Source: Amoebophrya sp. A120
Lineage: Eukaryota; Protista; Dinoflagellata
Length of the DNA: 64,000 bases
Reading direction: 5' to 3'
Assembly (NCBI GenBank): GCA_905178155.1
Contig: CAJINV010000002.1
Coordinates: 10,078,528-10,142,527, forward strand
The notes under the pieces were generated by a model. It was not told the origin of the DNA and did not search any database. It worked only from the letters and a program-made list of their open reading frames with translations. Below are positions 11,660-24,300 of this stretch, in pieces. The position numbers and the translations under genes were made by a program. Numbering within the stretch: position 1 is the stretch's first letter; every line of letters begins with the position of its first letter.

Positions 11660-14316
11660 ATGGTTCTCACTGTCGGTTGGTTTGCTCCATTTTTCTCGAA
11701 CAGCGGGTATGGGTCGGAAGCGATTTCCTACTTGCTCGCCTTCCAGAAGTACCTGCCCCACATTCCCGTCGCGATTCGGCAGTTTGCCGAGCCGGAAGAC
11801 ATGCAGTGGTCCAATCACAACCTTCCCCCCGAGTTGCGTCGCATCCTTCGCGGCCTCACCAAAAAGTCCTTCGCGGACACCACACGTGTGGTGCGGAACA
11901 GAGCAATGTCGGCGAGCGAGGCGGCGCAGCAGGCAGGCAGCGATAATGTTGACCCTGCGAATAAACACTTGCCCCAGGTCGCCGCGGGGAGCGGTAGTGC
12001 CGCCGAGGGGAATAATAATAAAGCGGTTCTGACGGGACGAGATCGAGAACCTCTGCATCACCAGCAAGATAATTATGCCGGCGGAGTTGTAGAGAAAGGA
12101 GAATTGGCGGCGATCTGCCACTCCACACCGGACGTGTGGCACGAGGACGGGGCGTTTGGCTGGGGAAATTTGCAGACCCGTTGTCCCCCGCCGTCGGCAA
12201 AGATCCGCATCGGCCGCACGATGTTTGAGACGGACACGCTGCCTAGCTCGTGGGTGCCGCGGCTGGAGAAGATGGACTACATTCTCGTGCCGACCAAGTT
12301 CCACTTCGACATTTGGCGCAAGAAGATCCACGAGTACAAGCTGCGGGTGCTGCACGAGGCGGTGGACACAGAATTTTTCTCCCCCACCGGGACCCCCGTG
12401 GTGCCCGTTTTGTCGCACCGCGCGAACCACCGCCTGTTCAACCGGTACGTGGGGCGGCTGGTGCGCACACTGCCCGTGAACCGCAACCACCCGTCGGCCG
12501 GGAAGAAGACGGCGCCGGCCATCGACCCGAAAACCGGGCGGCTGGCGCAACACGTGAAGAAGGCGGTGCCAGAGAAGTACAGCCGGCACAAGTTCGGCGC
12601 CAAGGCGGGCGAGCTGCACCACCACGAGCAGCGGAAGCTGCAGCAGCGGCGCTACTTCGACGACGACTACGCCGGGGATCTGGAGGAGGACGTGTTCCAC
12701 CAACCCCCGGAGGCGAAAACCGCCGCGGCGCACCAGCGCATTCAGCAGCAGCCCAAATTTTTCCTCGCGATCGGGAAATGGGAGAAGCGCAAGGGGTTTG
12801 ACGTGCTGATCAAAGCCTTTCAGGAAGAGTTCCGGTCGGACGTGGAGGTGTTTCTGCTGATCAAAACGAGCCTGTTCCACAACACAAGGAGGCAAATTCT
12901 GCAGGAGGCCTTCGGAAAGGAGTACGACGCCGAGAAATTAGACCGGTACCAGCACGTCATCATCGACGAGACACCGCTGTCGTCGGTGGAGATGGTGCAG
13001 GTATAATTGGGTTCAGAAGTTTAGCAGGGACGTTGTTCTTCGGGATTTTCTTCAAAGGTGAAGTTCAGAAACAAATACGGGGACGAGATTACTGAAAATC
13101 TAAAGGAGAAATATGAAGATGTATCACAAGAACTCAGATGATGTACTTGCACCCTGTTGAATGCTGCTCTTCTTTTTCTTCAACATCTATTCAAAAAATC
13201 TTCAAAACTCAATCTGTACCAGCTCTATCGTGAAGCCACCGCGGTGGTGCTTCCGAGTCGGGGCGAGGGTTGGGGCCGGGGACACGCAGAAGCGATGTCT
13301 ATGGCCAAGCCTCTCATCGCCGTGAACTGGTCGGGGCCCAGCGAGTACATGCGAGACGACAATTCCTTAGCAGTCAACTACACGCTGGTTCGTCAACTGG
13401 ACCCGAATACTATCCTGTGCAAAAGTATCGTACTGCTCGTACTAATTGCAATCATGCATGACAGATCTTGTTTCTTAGCGAAATCAGCATTACAAATTTC
13501 ATTTTTCCTTCTGGAAAAATTTGTATTGCGATTTATACTAGTACGATACTTTTGCAATGCATAAATGCCGGCATGTACTCAGGCGACGGGCACTGGGCGG
13601 AGCCCTCTGTTTCCTCCATCAAATGTAAAAATGTCTGGGTCTGGAAGAATGCAACTTGTAATGCGTATTTCAGAACACAGAAAAGTCTCTCATGCATACG
13701 TAGCAAAAGCTCCCGCTTTTTGTCAGCAAAATAGGGGACTTGTCATGCGGATTCGGCATTGCGGAAGGTTCTCGAAAACTGTGATGCTAGAGCTTCCATG
13801 CCAGACCTTCTGTGTCATGCAAAAACAGCATGACTCTTCCAGACCCAGACATTTTTACAATCCATATCCTCCCTGCGACAGCAAATGCGCTGGGTGCTGA
13901 ATCACGAGGAGGAGGCGAAGCGTATGGGAGCGGCGTGTGGGGTGGTCGCGGGGTGGTAGTTTATTTTGGCACGGATTCTACTGCCGTTTCGGTTGAGAAA
14001 TAGGATTTGCATGCTTCTTTCGTTCATTGCTTGGTCCATCTGGCTGGCAAAAGTAGTATGTAATGTGTCGTTGAAAAAAAAAATCTGAATTATGCGAACT
14101 ACAAGCCAATGGCTATCTTCACGACCACCTCCAGCTCCGCTCTGCATAAAAGAAATCGGCATGAACGCACGGCGCTTGATGGTTGAACAGTATTCGTTGT
14201 CGGAAATATCGAAGCAGCTCGACAAACTACTCACGGAACTAAATTCGAAAATCGACGAGCGCAACGCCAAGATCCCCGTGAACATCACGAGACTGAGGGA
14301 TCGGGACGAATTGTAA
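11660..14316 (+). CDS. Glycosyltransferase family 4 (group 1), ER-type C-terminus RDEL; 5' end uncertain
   Basis: WFAPFFSNSGYGSEA, IGRTMFETD, KWEKRKGFDVL, VLPSRGEGWGR..AEAM and HWAEPS. GT-AG intron 13001-13222 and three introners. Ends ...RDRDEL*. Confidence 0.87.
13411..13563. mobile_element. Short introner, TIR TGCAAAAGTATCGTAC family
   Basis: Direct repeat AATAC/AATGC. Ends GTACGATACTTTTGCAATGCATA. Same TIR as 59389-59535. Confidence 0.85.
13617..13866. mobile_element. Introner family A, forward (5' end CAT instead of TAT)
   Basis: Direct repeat TCCTC/TCCTC. Near-identical reverse complement of 23320-23569. Confidence 0.92.
13923..14148. mobile_element. Degenerate introner
   Basis: TATGGGAGCGG..GGTGGTCG / CGACCACC..CCGCTCTGCATA imperfect inverted repeat. 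Direct repeat eroded (AAGCG/AAAGA). Removal keeps the frame (EEEAK-R/E-IGMNAR). Confidence 0.7.
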
Positions 14317-14638
14317 ACAATTCTGTGGCCTTTTTTCGGCGGCTGGGCAGCTTTACAACTCCAGTTGTCGTCGTTCGATTGTTGACCAGGAGGAGTGATC
14401 GTGCTGCGTCGACCTCGATGAGGAAGCCAAAGTCCGGCTCCCACGCAGCGGTGATCGATAGTACGAGCGGACGTGAAGAATCGGAAACTCGTTTGATGCG
14501 TCAGGTTTTTCGACGTCGCACAGTAACTTGTTTGACGACAACGAAGCGTGAAGACGGCAGGAGGAACAATCTTTGCGAAGATCAACTGCATGTCCCGGAA
14601 ACAAGAAGACATCCTAAGCTAATCAAAAGAAAGCAGCT

Positions 14639-15034
14639 ATGCCTGGCGCTACGCACGACTCGATCCGGTTTGCGGCGGGCAGCCAGGAGCTGATCTGCTA
14701 CTTCATCAAGAGCCTCCGCGAAATCCCGGCGGACACGGGGTACTACGCGCTGTCATCGAATACGTCGGGCGGGAGCAACGGAACGCGCTCAGGCATACGA
14801 TCTGCTACTTCCGCAACGGCGGGATCGTCATATGGTAATCCGGCGGCTGTGACAGGGACGAAAGGAGAGGCAGGAATTTCGGATGGAGGAGCAGGGATAG
14901 GCACGGCCGCGGTAGGAAACGTTGCAGCCGGAGGCGGAACCCCAGCCGCTGCGATCATGGCGGGCAATAGCAACGCAGGCACAACAAATGCTGATGCAGG
15001 TGGAGCAGGTGGCCCAGAGCAGGCTTTCTTGTAG
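14639..15034 (+). CDS. Possible small gene or terminal exon, Gly/Ala-rich
   Basis: Coding-like composition (ELICYFIKSLREIPADTGYYAL) followed by a low-complexity tail. No recognisable family. Confidence 0.3.
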   Translation: MPGATHDSIRFAAGSQELICYFIKSLREIPADTGYYALSSNTSGGSNGTRSGIRSATSATAGSSYGNPAAVTGTKGEAGISDGGAGIGTAAVGNVAAGGGTPAAAIMAGNSNAGTTNADAGGAGGPEQAFL

Positions 15035-15449
15035 CCAGGTACAACAGCTGGACGATTGCACCGGTGCAGTGGTGATTTCTTGGCTAGAAGATAGAAACAA
15101 TTCGAGTGATGTCAGTGGCAGATGACCGCGATTTTTTGGAAAAAACGACCAAAAGAATATGCTTGAAATGAAGCAGAAATTGCTCTCACTCGTCTTGTTC
15201 TGGTATTCAGATCCGGGTGTTTCAGGATTTTTTTTTGGCGGAAGGCATTTTTGGCGAAAGTTGATGAGTTGTGTTTGGTCATCTTCCTTTCTGTTTTATA
15301 CTCTGTTCGACTCGGTTCCCTGGCGCGTTCATGAATGCGATGCTAATGAATGTATGATGCACCGAATTCGAACTGGAAGTTACGGATGATACTGCGTACT
15401 GACACGGCTTCTATACGGAAAAAGGTACTACTGGTCGGAACGAAATAAC

Positions 15450-18400
15450 ATGGCGCCAGGTCGTCAAACGAGAAAGCTTCTTGCTGCCTGCTTCGCACAG
15501 CAGATTTGTGCGGAGGTTTACTACGCCCTAGCGTCCTCACAGAAATCTCCGTTTCTCGGAGATGCTATCGCGAAGCACAAGGGGATTGTGCGAGAGGACG
15601 AGGTGCTCGGTGGTCATGGAGATGCTTTCTCAACAGACGGATCGCCGCCCGCAGGAGAATCCACGCGGGACACCGATATTTCACCCAAAATGGATTTGGA
15701 TTATAAAAACGACTGGGTACAGGTCGGGGCGGCGTCGCCGCTCGGAGGGCACAAGGGGCAAGCGGTGTTTGAGTCAGTGCGTGGCAACGGAGCAGGAGCG
15801 ACGCCGTCCACCTCGGCCGGTTCCTCCCCCGCATCATCGGCTAACCATGGCGGTAGCACAAATAAAAGCCCGACGGTATTGCAATGTACAACCAACGAAG
15901 GAGGTAGAAAGAAACAGAAACCCCTCGACAAGCGGCGCAAACCTTCTCTAAAGGACAAGATCACTCCCTTCGGCTACCGCGATGTTTTAAACACGTTCGA
16001 GAACGCGCCGGTTGAGGTGATCGGCGAGATTCCGAGCTGGCTGTTTCGGGACGGGACCTTTTACAAGCAGTCCGGGGGCGCCTTCGCGCTGCCCGACGAC
16101 CCGAGCGGCACCGGGCCCGACCCGTCCTCCCAGATGCTCGACGGGCTGGCCCACGTGGCCGCGTGGCGGTTCGCGGCCAACCCGCATGGACACGGCCCGG
16201 AGGTGCTGTTCAGCAACAACTTTCCGGACACGGAGGCCTACGACCTGTGGCACGAGAGCGGCGGGGTCAACCGGGAGTTCGCCGGCACCGCGGGCGGCAA
16301 GCAGGTCTACCTGTTCAATCCGAACGTGAATTTTCAGCGCTGCGAAGACAACAAGATCGCGCCCTGTTTGATTGAGGCGCCCCTGCCGGTGCGCATGGTC
16401 CCGATGGACCCGCAGACCCTGGTAACGGTGGAGAAAAGCCGCAACATGAACGACCTGCTGGAATCCGCGCAGGACTGCACAGGAGGCGGTCCGGAGAGTG
16501 GTCCAGGCTGCATTTCGGCGACGTCAGATGGAAAAAAGCCGCCGTCTTCATCCTCCTACACCGGCGAAAATTTAGATGGTGAACAAGCTTCATCCGCCGC
16601 CACCAGCAGTTGCCGCAGCTCCGGCGCTGATGTTGGAACTGAAGATGGCTGTTCACTTGTTCTGCCTTCTGAGCAAGTGCTGGGACGGAGAGGACAAGCA
16701 GATGATAGTGTGAGGAAAGAAGAAGAAAAGAGGAGCGCCGCCGATCCTTCAGGTGGCAAATACGTCCACGATCTGGTTTTCCTCGCTTCCCATCAACTCG
16801 AGGCGCCGAACCGTCAAAACTACCACCTCGCGTATTACCTAACTCCGGGGAAGGATTGTGCACTGGGCTACCGCGTTTACAAACTGTGTCACGATGACAA
16901 AAATTCAAGCGGGGGAGCGGAAGGACAGGAGGAAGTTGCTGGCGAAAGCGTGAACTCCGGCTCGAATCGCTGTTGCGAGGTGTTGGCGGACGACAAGCTG
17001 TGTCAAACCGATTTCCCTACGCTGTTCCGCAATCTGATTCCGCATGAGAAATGCCCCTGCATGATGCACACCACCATCGAGACGGAAAAATACCTGATCA
17101 TCCCGGAAACGTCGCTCCGCTGGAGACCGGGACTCACGCTGCAAAGCTCGACGCTCGGTATAGTATCTGGCGAATCAATGATCTTTGTGTGTTTGAAGTT
17201 CGGTGCATTTCTGATTGGCTCGTGTTTGACAGATGAGGGGTAAGTACCACATTCATACTTTCTCAAAAATGTCGGCCAAGGACTACACAGGTAACCTGCC
17301 GATCATTGGCAAGCGGTGGCGGGTGCCGTTTTTCAAGCAGTTCGAGTACAAGAAGGACATTCCGCTCGCGTTTCGGGTGTACGAGAAAGGTTCGGACGCG
17401 GAAACGAAAAAAGCCCGGGTCAGGTTCGTCTGTCGCGTCGAGGCGGCCCACGACGGGCACCTGTTCCACGTGGCCAACGCCTTTGACCACGACGAGAGCG
17501 GTGGTGGCTGCAGCCGCGTCACCTTCGATTCCGACTTTCTCAACGCCTGGCAGTTCGGCGGACAGAAGGTCACCGAGCGGGGGATGGTACGATTCTGTCT
17601 CGAGTTCCCGAAGGAAAAAGATGTAGGACCAAAGGAGGATATCCTGAGTAAAAACCTCCCCATACCAGAGTCAAAATGGAAAATCTGCTAGACAAATCGG
17701 CCAACTTTGGTTGTTTGGCATGACAAGTTTGGGCTCGTAGTGCAATCCTTTTGAGCTAGTGCAGGAGGATGACAGATCTAGCATATCATGCTGATTCTAG
17801 CATTACAAAATCCAAAACGCGGCTAGATAATGCTTCTCATGGGGTTCCGCATGACAAACTTTTTTGGCACGCAGGTTTGCGTGACAACTCTGGGGTGGGG
17901 ACGTTTTTACACAGGATAGAGGACACCATCGGGGAGCAGGAGTTGCATCCTCCAGAAGAAGATAAAAAATCCTGTGCCGACAACGATGTAGTTCATCGGG
18001 GGATTGCTGCGAGTTCTTGTGAGATTTCTGATCACGACATCGAACCACCAGGAGCCTCGTCTGTGAGCAAGAAAATGCTGTTGGACGAGTCCCCCGGCTT
18101 TCCCGTCGCGAATCCGGCTTTTCTCCGGCAGAAAACCCGGTTTTTCTACGCGGTGACCAGCACCGCGTTTTCCAGTCTCTCGCGCGTCGACGCGGAAACG
18201 GGCGAAACAAAGTATCAAATGTAAAAATGTCTGGGTCTGGAAACTTGTGATGCTGAGTGGCGAATCGTGAGGAGGCCACAAGTGCTGGCCGAGCATGACA
18301 AGTTTCTGAGGTTCTAGGTGTTGCCTATTCTGCATGACAAACTGCGTTTCTGCATGACAGAAAAATGGGGCTTTTGGGTGACGCGCACGACAGATTTACG

Positions 18401-19084
18401 GGTCATGCCAGACAAGCATGACAAACATGCATTCTTCCAGACCCAGACATTTTTACATTTGATACGAAGGAGTGGAAGCTGAAACACGGGGCCCAGAACC
18501 AGTGGCAGGTGTCGGATATCAAATGTAAAAGTGTCTGGGTCTGAAAGATTGCCAGGTTTGTCATGCACATTTTGCATGACTTCTGATGTCTGTGATGCAT
18601 GCCCTAGCATCACAGATTTCGTGAGGGCTTCCTGATGCCTTTACCGCATGACAAATGCTCTTTCCGTGTAGCAAAACTTGGACTCTCTTTGCTGCTCATG
18701 CAATACAGATATTTTTAGAATCCAAAATCAGCATGACAGGTTGCAGCCTTCCAGACCCAGACATTTTTACATTTGATATCGGAGCCGCAGTTCGTGCCGC
18801 GGCGGGGGGAGGTGGCTGGGAAGGAAAAAAGCGGGGAAAGTTTGACGTCCTTCTTGTCCCGCGCACGCGCGGCCGGCCAGTACCCCCCGGGTAGCGCGGA
18901 ACTGGATGGGGTTTTGCTCGTTGCGGCCAACGACATCACCGAGGAGCGGAGCTACCTACTTGTGCTAGACCCCAGCACGATGGAGGAGCTGGCGCGGATC
19001 ACCGCACCCATCGACGTCAATTACGGACTGCATTCGCAGTTCGTCGGCCCCGAGTCTCCGGAAGTGCTGCCACTGAAGTGGTAG
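15450..19084 (+). CDS. Carotenoid oxygenase (RPE65/BCO/CCD family); 5 exons
   Basis: GEIPSWL..GTF, LDGLA, four candidate Fe-ligand His (LASH, MMHT, LFHVANAFD, YGLHSQF), SEPQFVPR, DGVLL and LLVLDP..MEELAR. GT-AG intron 17158-17290 plus three introners. Confidence 0.88.
17640..17918. mobile_element. Introner family D (TIR TATCCTGAGTAAAAACSTCCCCA)
   Basis: Direct repeat GAGGA/GAGGA. Reverse-complement homologue of 51187-51466. Confidence 0.9.
18213..18464. mobile_element. Introner family B, forward
   Basis: Direct repeat CAAAG/CGAAG. Perfect 30-bp TIR TATCAAATGTAAAAATGTCTGGGTCTGGAA. Confidence 0.93.
18517..18778. mobile_element. Introner family C, forward
   Basis: Direct repeat TCGGA/TCGGA. 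Removal restores the conserved VSEPQFVP motif. Confidence 0.93.
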
Positions 19085-21366
19085 TAGAAAGGGCGAGATC
19101 TTTTTGTCCTGCTGCGTTCTTTATTTCACAGGGCTGTTGTGGGTCGGTTTCTGTGGTGGTTGATCTGCAGAAGACTGTCTGAAACCCATTACCAGCGTTG
19201 CTGTGCAGTTGTTTCCAACAGAGTACTATGCAAAAGAGAATAAACAGAAAAGCAGCTTCTTGTTCACAGCGTTGCCGCAGCGGTGCAAGGGTTGCTAATC
19301 GTTTCGCTATTTTGATCTGCTAAATCTACGTGTACTTAATCTTTCTTGGACTCTTCAGTTGCGTTAAATACCGTGTCCAAAAAGGTACATGAAAAGTGAT
19401 TTGTCGACCCAATGTGCAGATGGGTTTGGAATTGTATTACCGAATTGAGAATAAAGCGAGAATGTTTTGCGTTCGAAAATGTACATGAACGAAAGAAGGC
19501 AATGAGTTTTTCCGCATTGCTACAAGTCTTGCTGATAGAGATAGAAAAGAGTATTGAAATAAACGAGCGAATGAAATATTCTGATCCTCGCTAAGGACGT
19601 TCGACGGTGTTCATCCATGGCAGATAGCTTGTCTCAGCTTCAGGTTCAGATCATTTACATCATCAACCCGCAGACACTTCAACGCAAACGATGGAAATTG
19701 ACAGACTAAAGATAGGATCGCAATCATTTTCCATCTTGGTTCGTGCACCCAGTCCATAGTGAAAGTTCTCTTTGTGGCATAGGCAGACATAGTATACATA
19801 GAAATCGAGATGCACGAAATGGCGGAAACGCAGCAACATCAAGACCGTGAGAACTTGAATTTGAAATTTCCAGAGTAAGAATGAATGTTCCAGATGAAAG
19901 TTCTTCGACATAGACCCTTCCGTACAAAAATTTTCAAGCGCTAAAGAACCACAAACCCGAGAGAATAGAGGCTCACCCTCCATGAGCCTCATTGACATTG
20001 CAGTTCGCTGTATCCAATGAAAATTTGAACCACTTCACACAGCGACCTGACGAGCCAATAGTGCAATGCAGAGTAGTAGAAGGTGACAGTGGATAAAGGA
20101 AGGACGCGCTTGTTGCCTAGAAGTATTGCTTCTTGGTTCGAATCATAGCGCATTTGTGTAATTCGGAGCAAGGCCGGTTGTGCAGACGCCGAATTATAAA
20201 TCAAAAACCACCCACAGAGTCTCACCCTGTAATCAGCCCACCACGAGTACGTAGTAGAAGTTTATCAGGTTTTTTTCAAAGCTAACGTACCAGTGGCGAT
20301 TGCAGTAGTGTCAGTGTCTTTTCAGACTTTACTAGAATCTGGCGGTTTTTTTTTACGGCATACTGCACCTTTTAGCAAATTTAAGGAAAGCGCTAAGAGT
20401 ATTTTTTTATCAAGCGCAGCCGCACAAGGAATTTTAGTTATCACTTTTCTTTACGGTAATATCTTTTTTGCTTTAGTTAGTCGTTTCTTAGTTTAGTTTT
20501 CGTAGTTTATTTTTCCAAAGTTTCGTTCTTGATCTTGCTTTCGCCATACTTTTTCTACTAGCTTCAGACAGCTCTTATCTAGGCTACTTTTCACTCCTTC
20601 TGCTTTTTCTGACTCCAGAGGTAGTAATACTCATCATTGTCGATATAGCTTCATCTGCTTCTTATCCTTTATCCTTCTTTACGATTCGATTCGCATATTC
20701 CGCATAGTTATTTCACATATTTGTTTCTGTGGCATAGGACACATCTACTATCGTTCTGCAGCAGCATACAACAACCAGAGTCGGAACCACAGCGTGCTGC
20801 AGCGCAACCGTTCGCACACACGTCTGCTGGACACCGTAAAGCACTGGAAGGTGAGGTCGGGCTCAATCAAATTGTAAGAGGTGCTCAGTAGAGTAGCCTG
20901 TAATACTTAAACGCTTCTGAGACCGCTAACAGTACTACTACCTATTTTGTAATAACTTCGCTGCCAGGCCCAGGGCGCCGCGCAAAGTTAAACCCGCTAT
21001 GGTAGTAGAAAATATTTCTACTACAGTACAATAGACGGAATCACCACATGGACCACGCGCAAGCATTAGGCGGCTAAAAAACTAAAACTAACCGGTGGAG
21101 CACGAGAAGGAGTTGCGCTCATTGTCGTGCTGGAACAAACCTCTACCAGCTCAACGTCCACCGCCTTAGAGATTTCTCCTCGTCAACGCACGGATAGAAA
21201 ACCAAAACTCAACATACCGAACAGGAGCGGTGCCTCGAGTAAAAACTTGATCATGCAGATCCACGACAATAAGCCGCAGGACGAGAATCTTCATACCATT
21301 CCATCTCAAGAAGACGGCGTGCTTCTTCGGACCTAGGGAAGAACAAGGGTAGTAGTTCCTCTTTCA

Positions 21367-24300
21367 ATGGGTATGAGCACCGGCCCTGTCCCGGCTGCCA
21401 TGCAGCTGACCGATGTGCTTCTCGCGTGTAGCAAGCCGGAGGAGGTTTTGCGTAAAAATGCGGAGCAGCAGCTGCAGCACGCGCTGCACAACCACACCGA
21501 CGAGTATTTCAAGCTACTCGCCGAGGAGCTCGCGGACGATTCCAAGCCCGCGGTAACGCGCCAGCTGGCCGCGACACAGCTCAAAAACGCCCTCTACGGC
21601 AAATCCAAGTCCTCCAACCGCGACGCCGAGCAGCGGTGGCTGGGCACCAGCGACAATGTCAAGGTGCGCGTCCGAGAGCTGCTCGTGCTCTCCCTACAGA
21701 GCCGGGAGGAAATCGGGAGGAAATTTGCAGCACTGGTATTGATAGTGTGGAAATAGATTACTAGTTTTGCTGAGCGAAGTAGAGTAGTCATCAACAGCAT
21801 AGATCCCAACTAGTCGTGTAGGGCCAAGATCGTGCGGTAGTCTTTCCTCAAGATTGTGATTAGTGAAAAAGTGCAGCAAAATAAACGCTAGAGGCGCGAA
21901 CGAGTTTTACTTTGCAAGAAATCTACTTCCGACGTTTTAACCCCACATACAACAGGTTTTCGGCAAGCTGGCAGCGATTGAGATTCCGAACCGATCCTGG
22001 CCGAAGCTAGTTCCCTGTCTGTTGGAAAGAATAGAGAACGCGAAGAATGAGTACTCCCAGGACACAAGGAAGGCGGCGATTCAATCGCTGGGGTTCATAT
22101 CGGAGGAGCTTGCACTTCTCTCCGATGAGGGAGCCTACCGCATGAATGAGGCCGACACCACGGCTATCCTCGCAGCAATCGTGCAGGGTATTATAGCTAC
22201 GTGGTCTACTGTGCTCAAAGTTTTGTTTGCGTACAGTTTTTTCAGACCCAGCTACAGATGTGGGTTTAGCAGGCTGCATTCTTGTTGGTGGAATCGATTT
22301 CACTGGAATCATTTAAAAAATAGTAGGTTGTCGAGAACTTCTACTTCTTCGCTGTACTATAATTTCACAGGTATGCTCGACGAGGCCCGGGAAATTAAGC
22401 TGGAAGCCACGAAAGCCATGCTTTTTACCATTCTCCTGGCCGAAGACGCTTTTCACAAGCAGGAGCACCGGGATATGCTGATGGAGATCGTGTTGCGCTC
22501 CTGCATCGACCACAATGACAAAGAAATCCAAATGAGCAGCCTGGAGATATTGACCAAAGTCTTCGAAAGGTACTTACAATTATAGCCACGTAGCTGGTGC
22601 TGTCCTGCTAAGACAAATAAGTATCTATGCAGAAGAACGACGAGAAAAAATCCCATTTTTTTTCAAGTCCACCCCATCAACAAAAAAAAAGGTATTACGA
22701 TCATATGGGTCCTTACATCAAAGTGATCGCGGAGGCGACATGGCAGCTGATTGAGAGCAACATTGAGGGCGTGGACATCCGCGCGATGATGGTCTGGACC
22801 CAGATTGCCGAGGAGGAGCTGAACATTCTGGAGGAAAACGCGTACGCCGGCCGGGAAATACGCCGGTGTTTAAACTTTATCAGCGACGCGCGGGAAATCC
22901 TGATTCCCCACTTGACAAAAAAACTCATCGACTTGCACCAGGCCGAAGACTACGACAGCGAGGAGTACACGCTGAAAATGGCCTCGCAGATCTCGCTCAG
23001 TAAGAAAGAACTTTTTATTCAGCATGACGAGCTTTCTTCCTACAAAAAGAAGTCCTGATGTTTTACTTGACTGGATGAATCAATTGTTGAACTTTATAAA
23101 CTTTTCCAAAATAAAACAGAGTACTGCGCGCAAATCTTGCGCAACGACGTGATATCACCCGTGGTGAAGTTTGTCGGTACCTACAGCCAGAGCAGCAACT
23201 GGCGGGAGCGCGAGGCGGCGATTCTCGCGGTGGGCAGTATGATGGACGGGCCCGAATCGGGGTCCGAGCTGGAAACCATGTTGTCGGGGTGCTTTGACTA
23301 CCTGTATGAAAATCTGTCGTATCAAATGTAAAAATGTCTGGGTCTGGAAGAGTCATGCTGTTTTTGCATGACACAGAAGGTCTGGCATGGAAGCTCTAGC
23401 ATCACAGGTTTCGAGAACCTTCCGCAATGCCGAATCCGCATGACAAGTCCCCTATTTTGCTGACGAAAAGTGGGAGCTTTTGCTACGTATGCATGAGAGA
23501 CTTTTCTGTGTTCTGAAATACGCATTACAAGTTGCATTCTTCCAGACCCAGAGATTTTTGCATTTGATATGTCGCACAACGTGATCGCCGTCCGGGATAC
23601 CACCGCCTGGACGGTGGCGACCATCGTGAAGCACCACATATCAAATGTAAAAATGTCTGGGTCTGGAAGATTGCCAGGTTTGTCATGCACATTTTGCATG
23701 ACTCCTCATGTCTGTGATGCATGCCCTAGCATCACAGATTTTGTGAGGGCTTCCTGATGCCTATATCGCATGACAAATGCTCTTTCCTTGTAGCAAAACT
23801 TGGACTCTTACTCTTTTTGCTGCTCATGCAATACAGATTTTAGAATCCAAAATCAGCATGACAAGTTGGATTCTTCCAGACCCAGACATTTTTACAGTTG
23901 ATACCACATGAAGATCTGCAACGTGGACGTGCTGTTGGAGCGGCTGGCCATCCAGATGGACCAGGACGTCCCGCGCGTGAACCGACACATCTGCTTCGCG
24001 TTCCACGTGGTCTCCGAGCAGGGCTACCAGATGAACGAGCAGCTGTTTCAAAAGGTGGCCGCGGTTCTCCTGAAAAACGCGGAAGACGAATCCAGTTCCG
24101 CGAAGGAGCAGCGACTGCAGATATCAAATGTAAAAATGTCTGGGTCTGGAAGATTGCCAGGTTTGTCCTGCACATTTTGCATGACTCCTGATGTCTGTGA
24201 TGCATGCCCTAGCATCACAGATTTTGTGACGGCTTCCTGATGCCTATACCGCATGACAAATGCTCTTTCCGTGTAGCAAAACTTGGACTCTCTTTGCTGC

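Noticed and set aside
11615-12895. Long minus-strand ORFs (also 4534-5616 and 54068-54943)
   Set aside because: Antisense shadows of GC-rich + strand genes with no motifs of their own.
18213-18464. TA at both element ends read as a Tc1/mariner TA target duplication
   Set aside because: The TA is part of the inverted repeat (TAT...ATA). A separate 5-bp duplication lies outside it, and frames are restored only when both TAs are removed.
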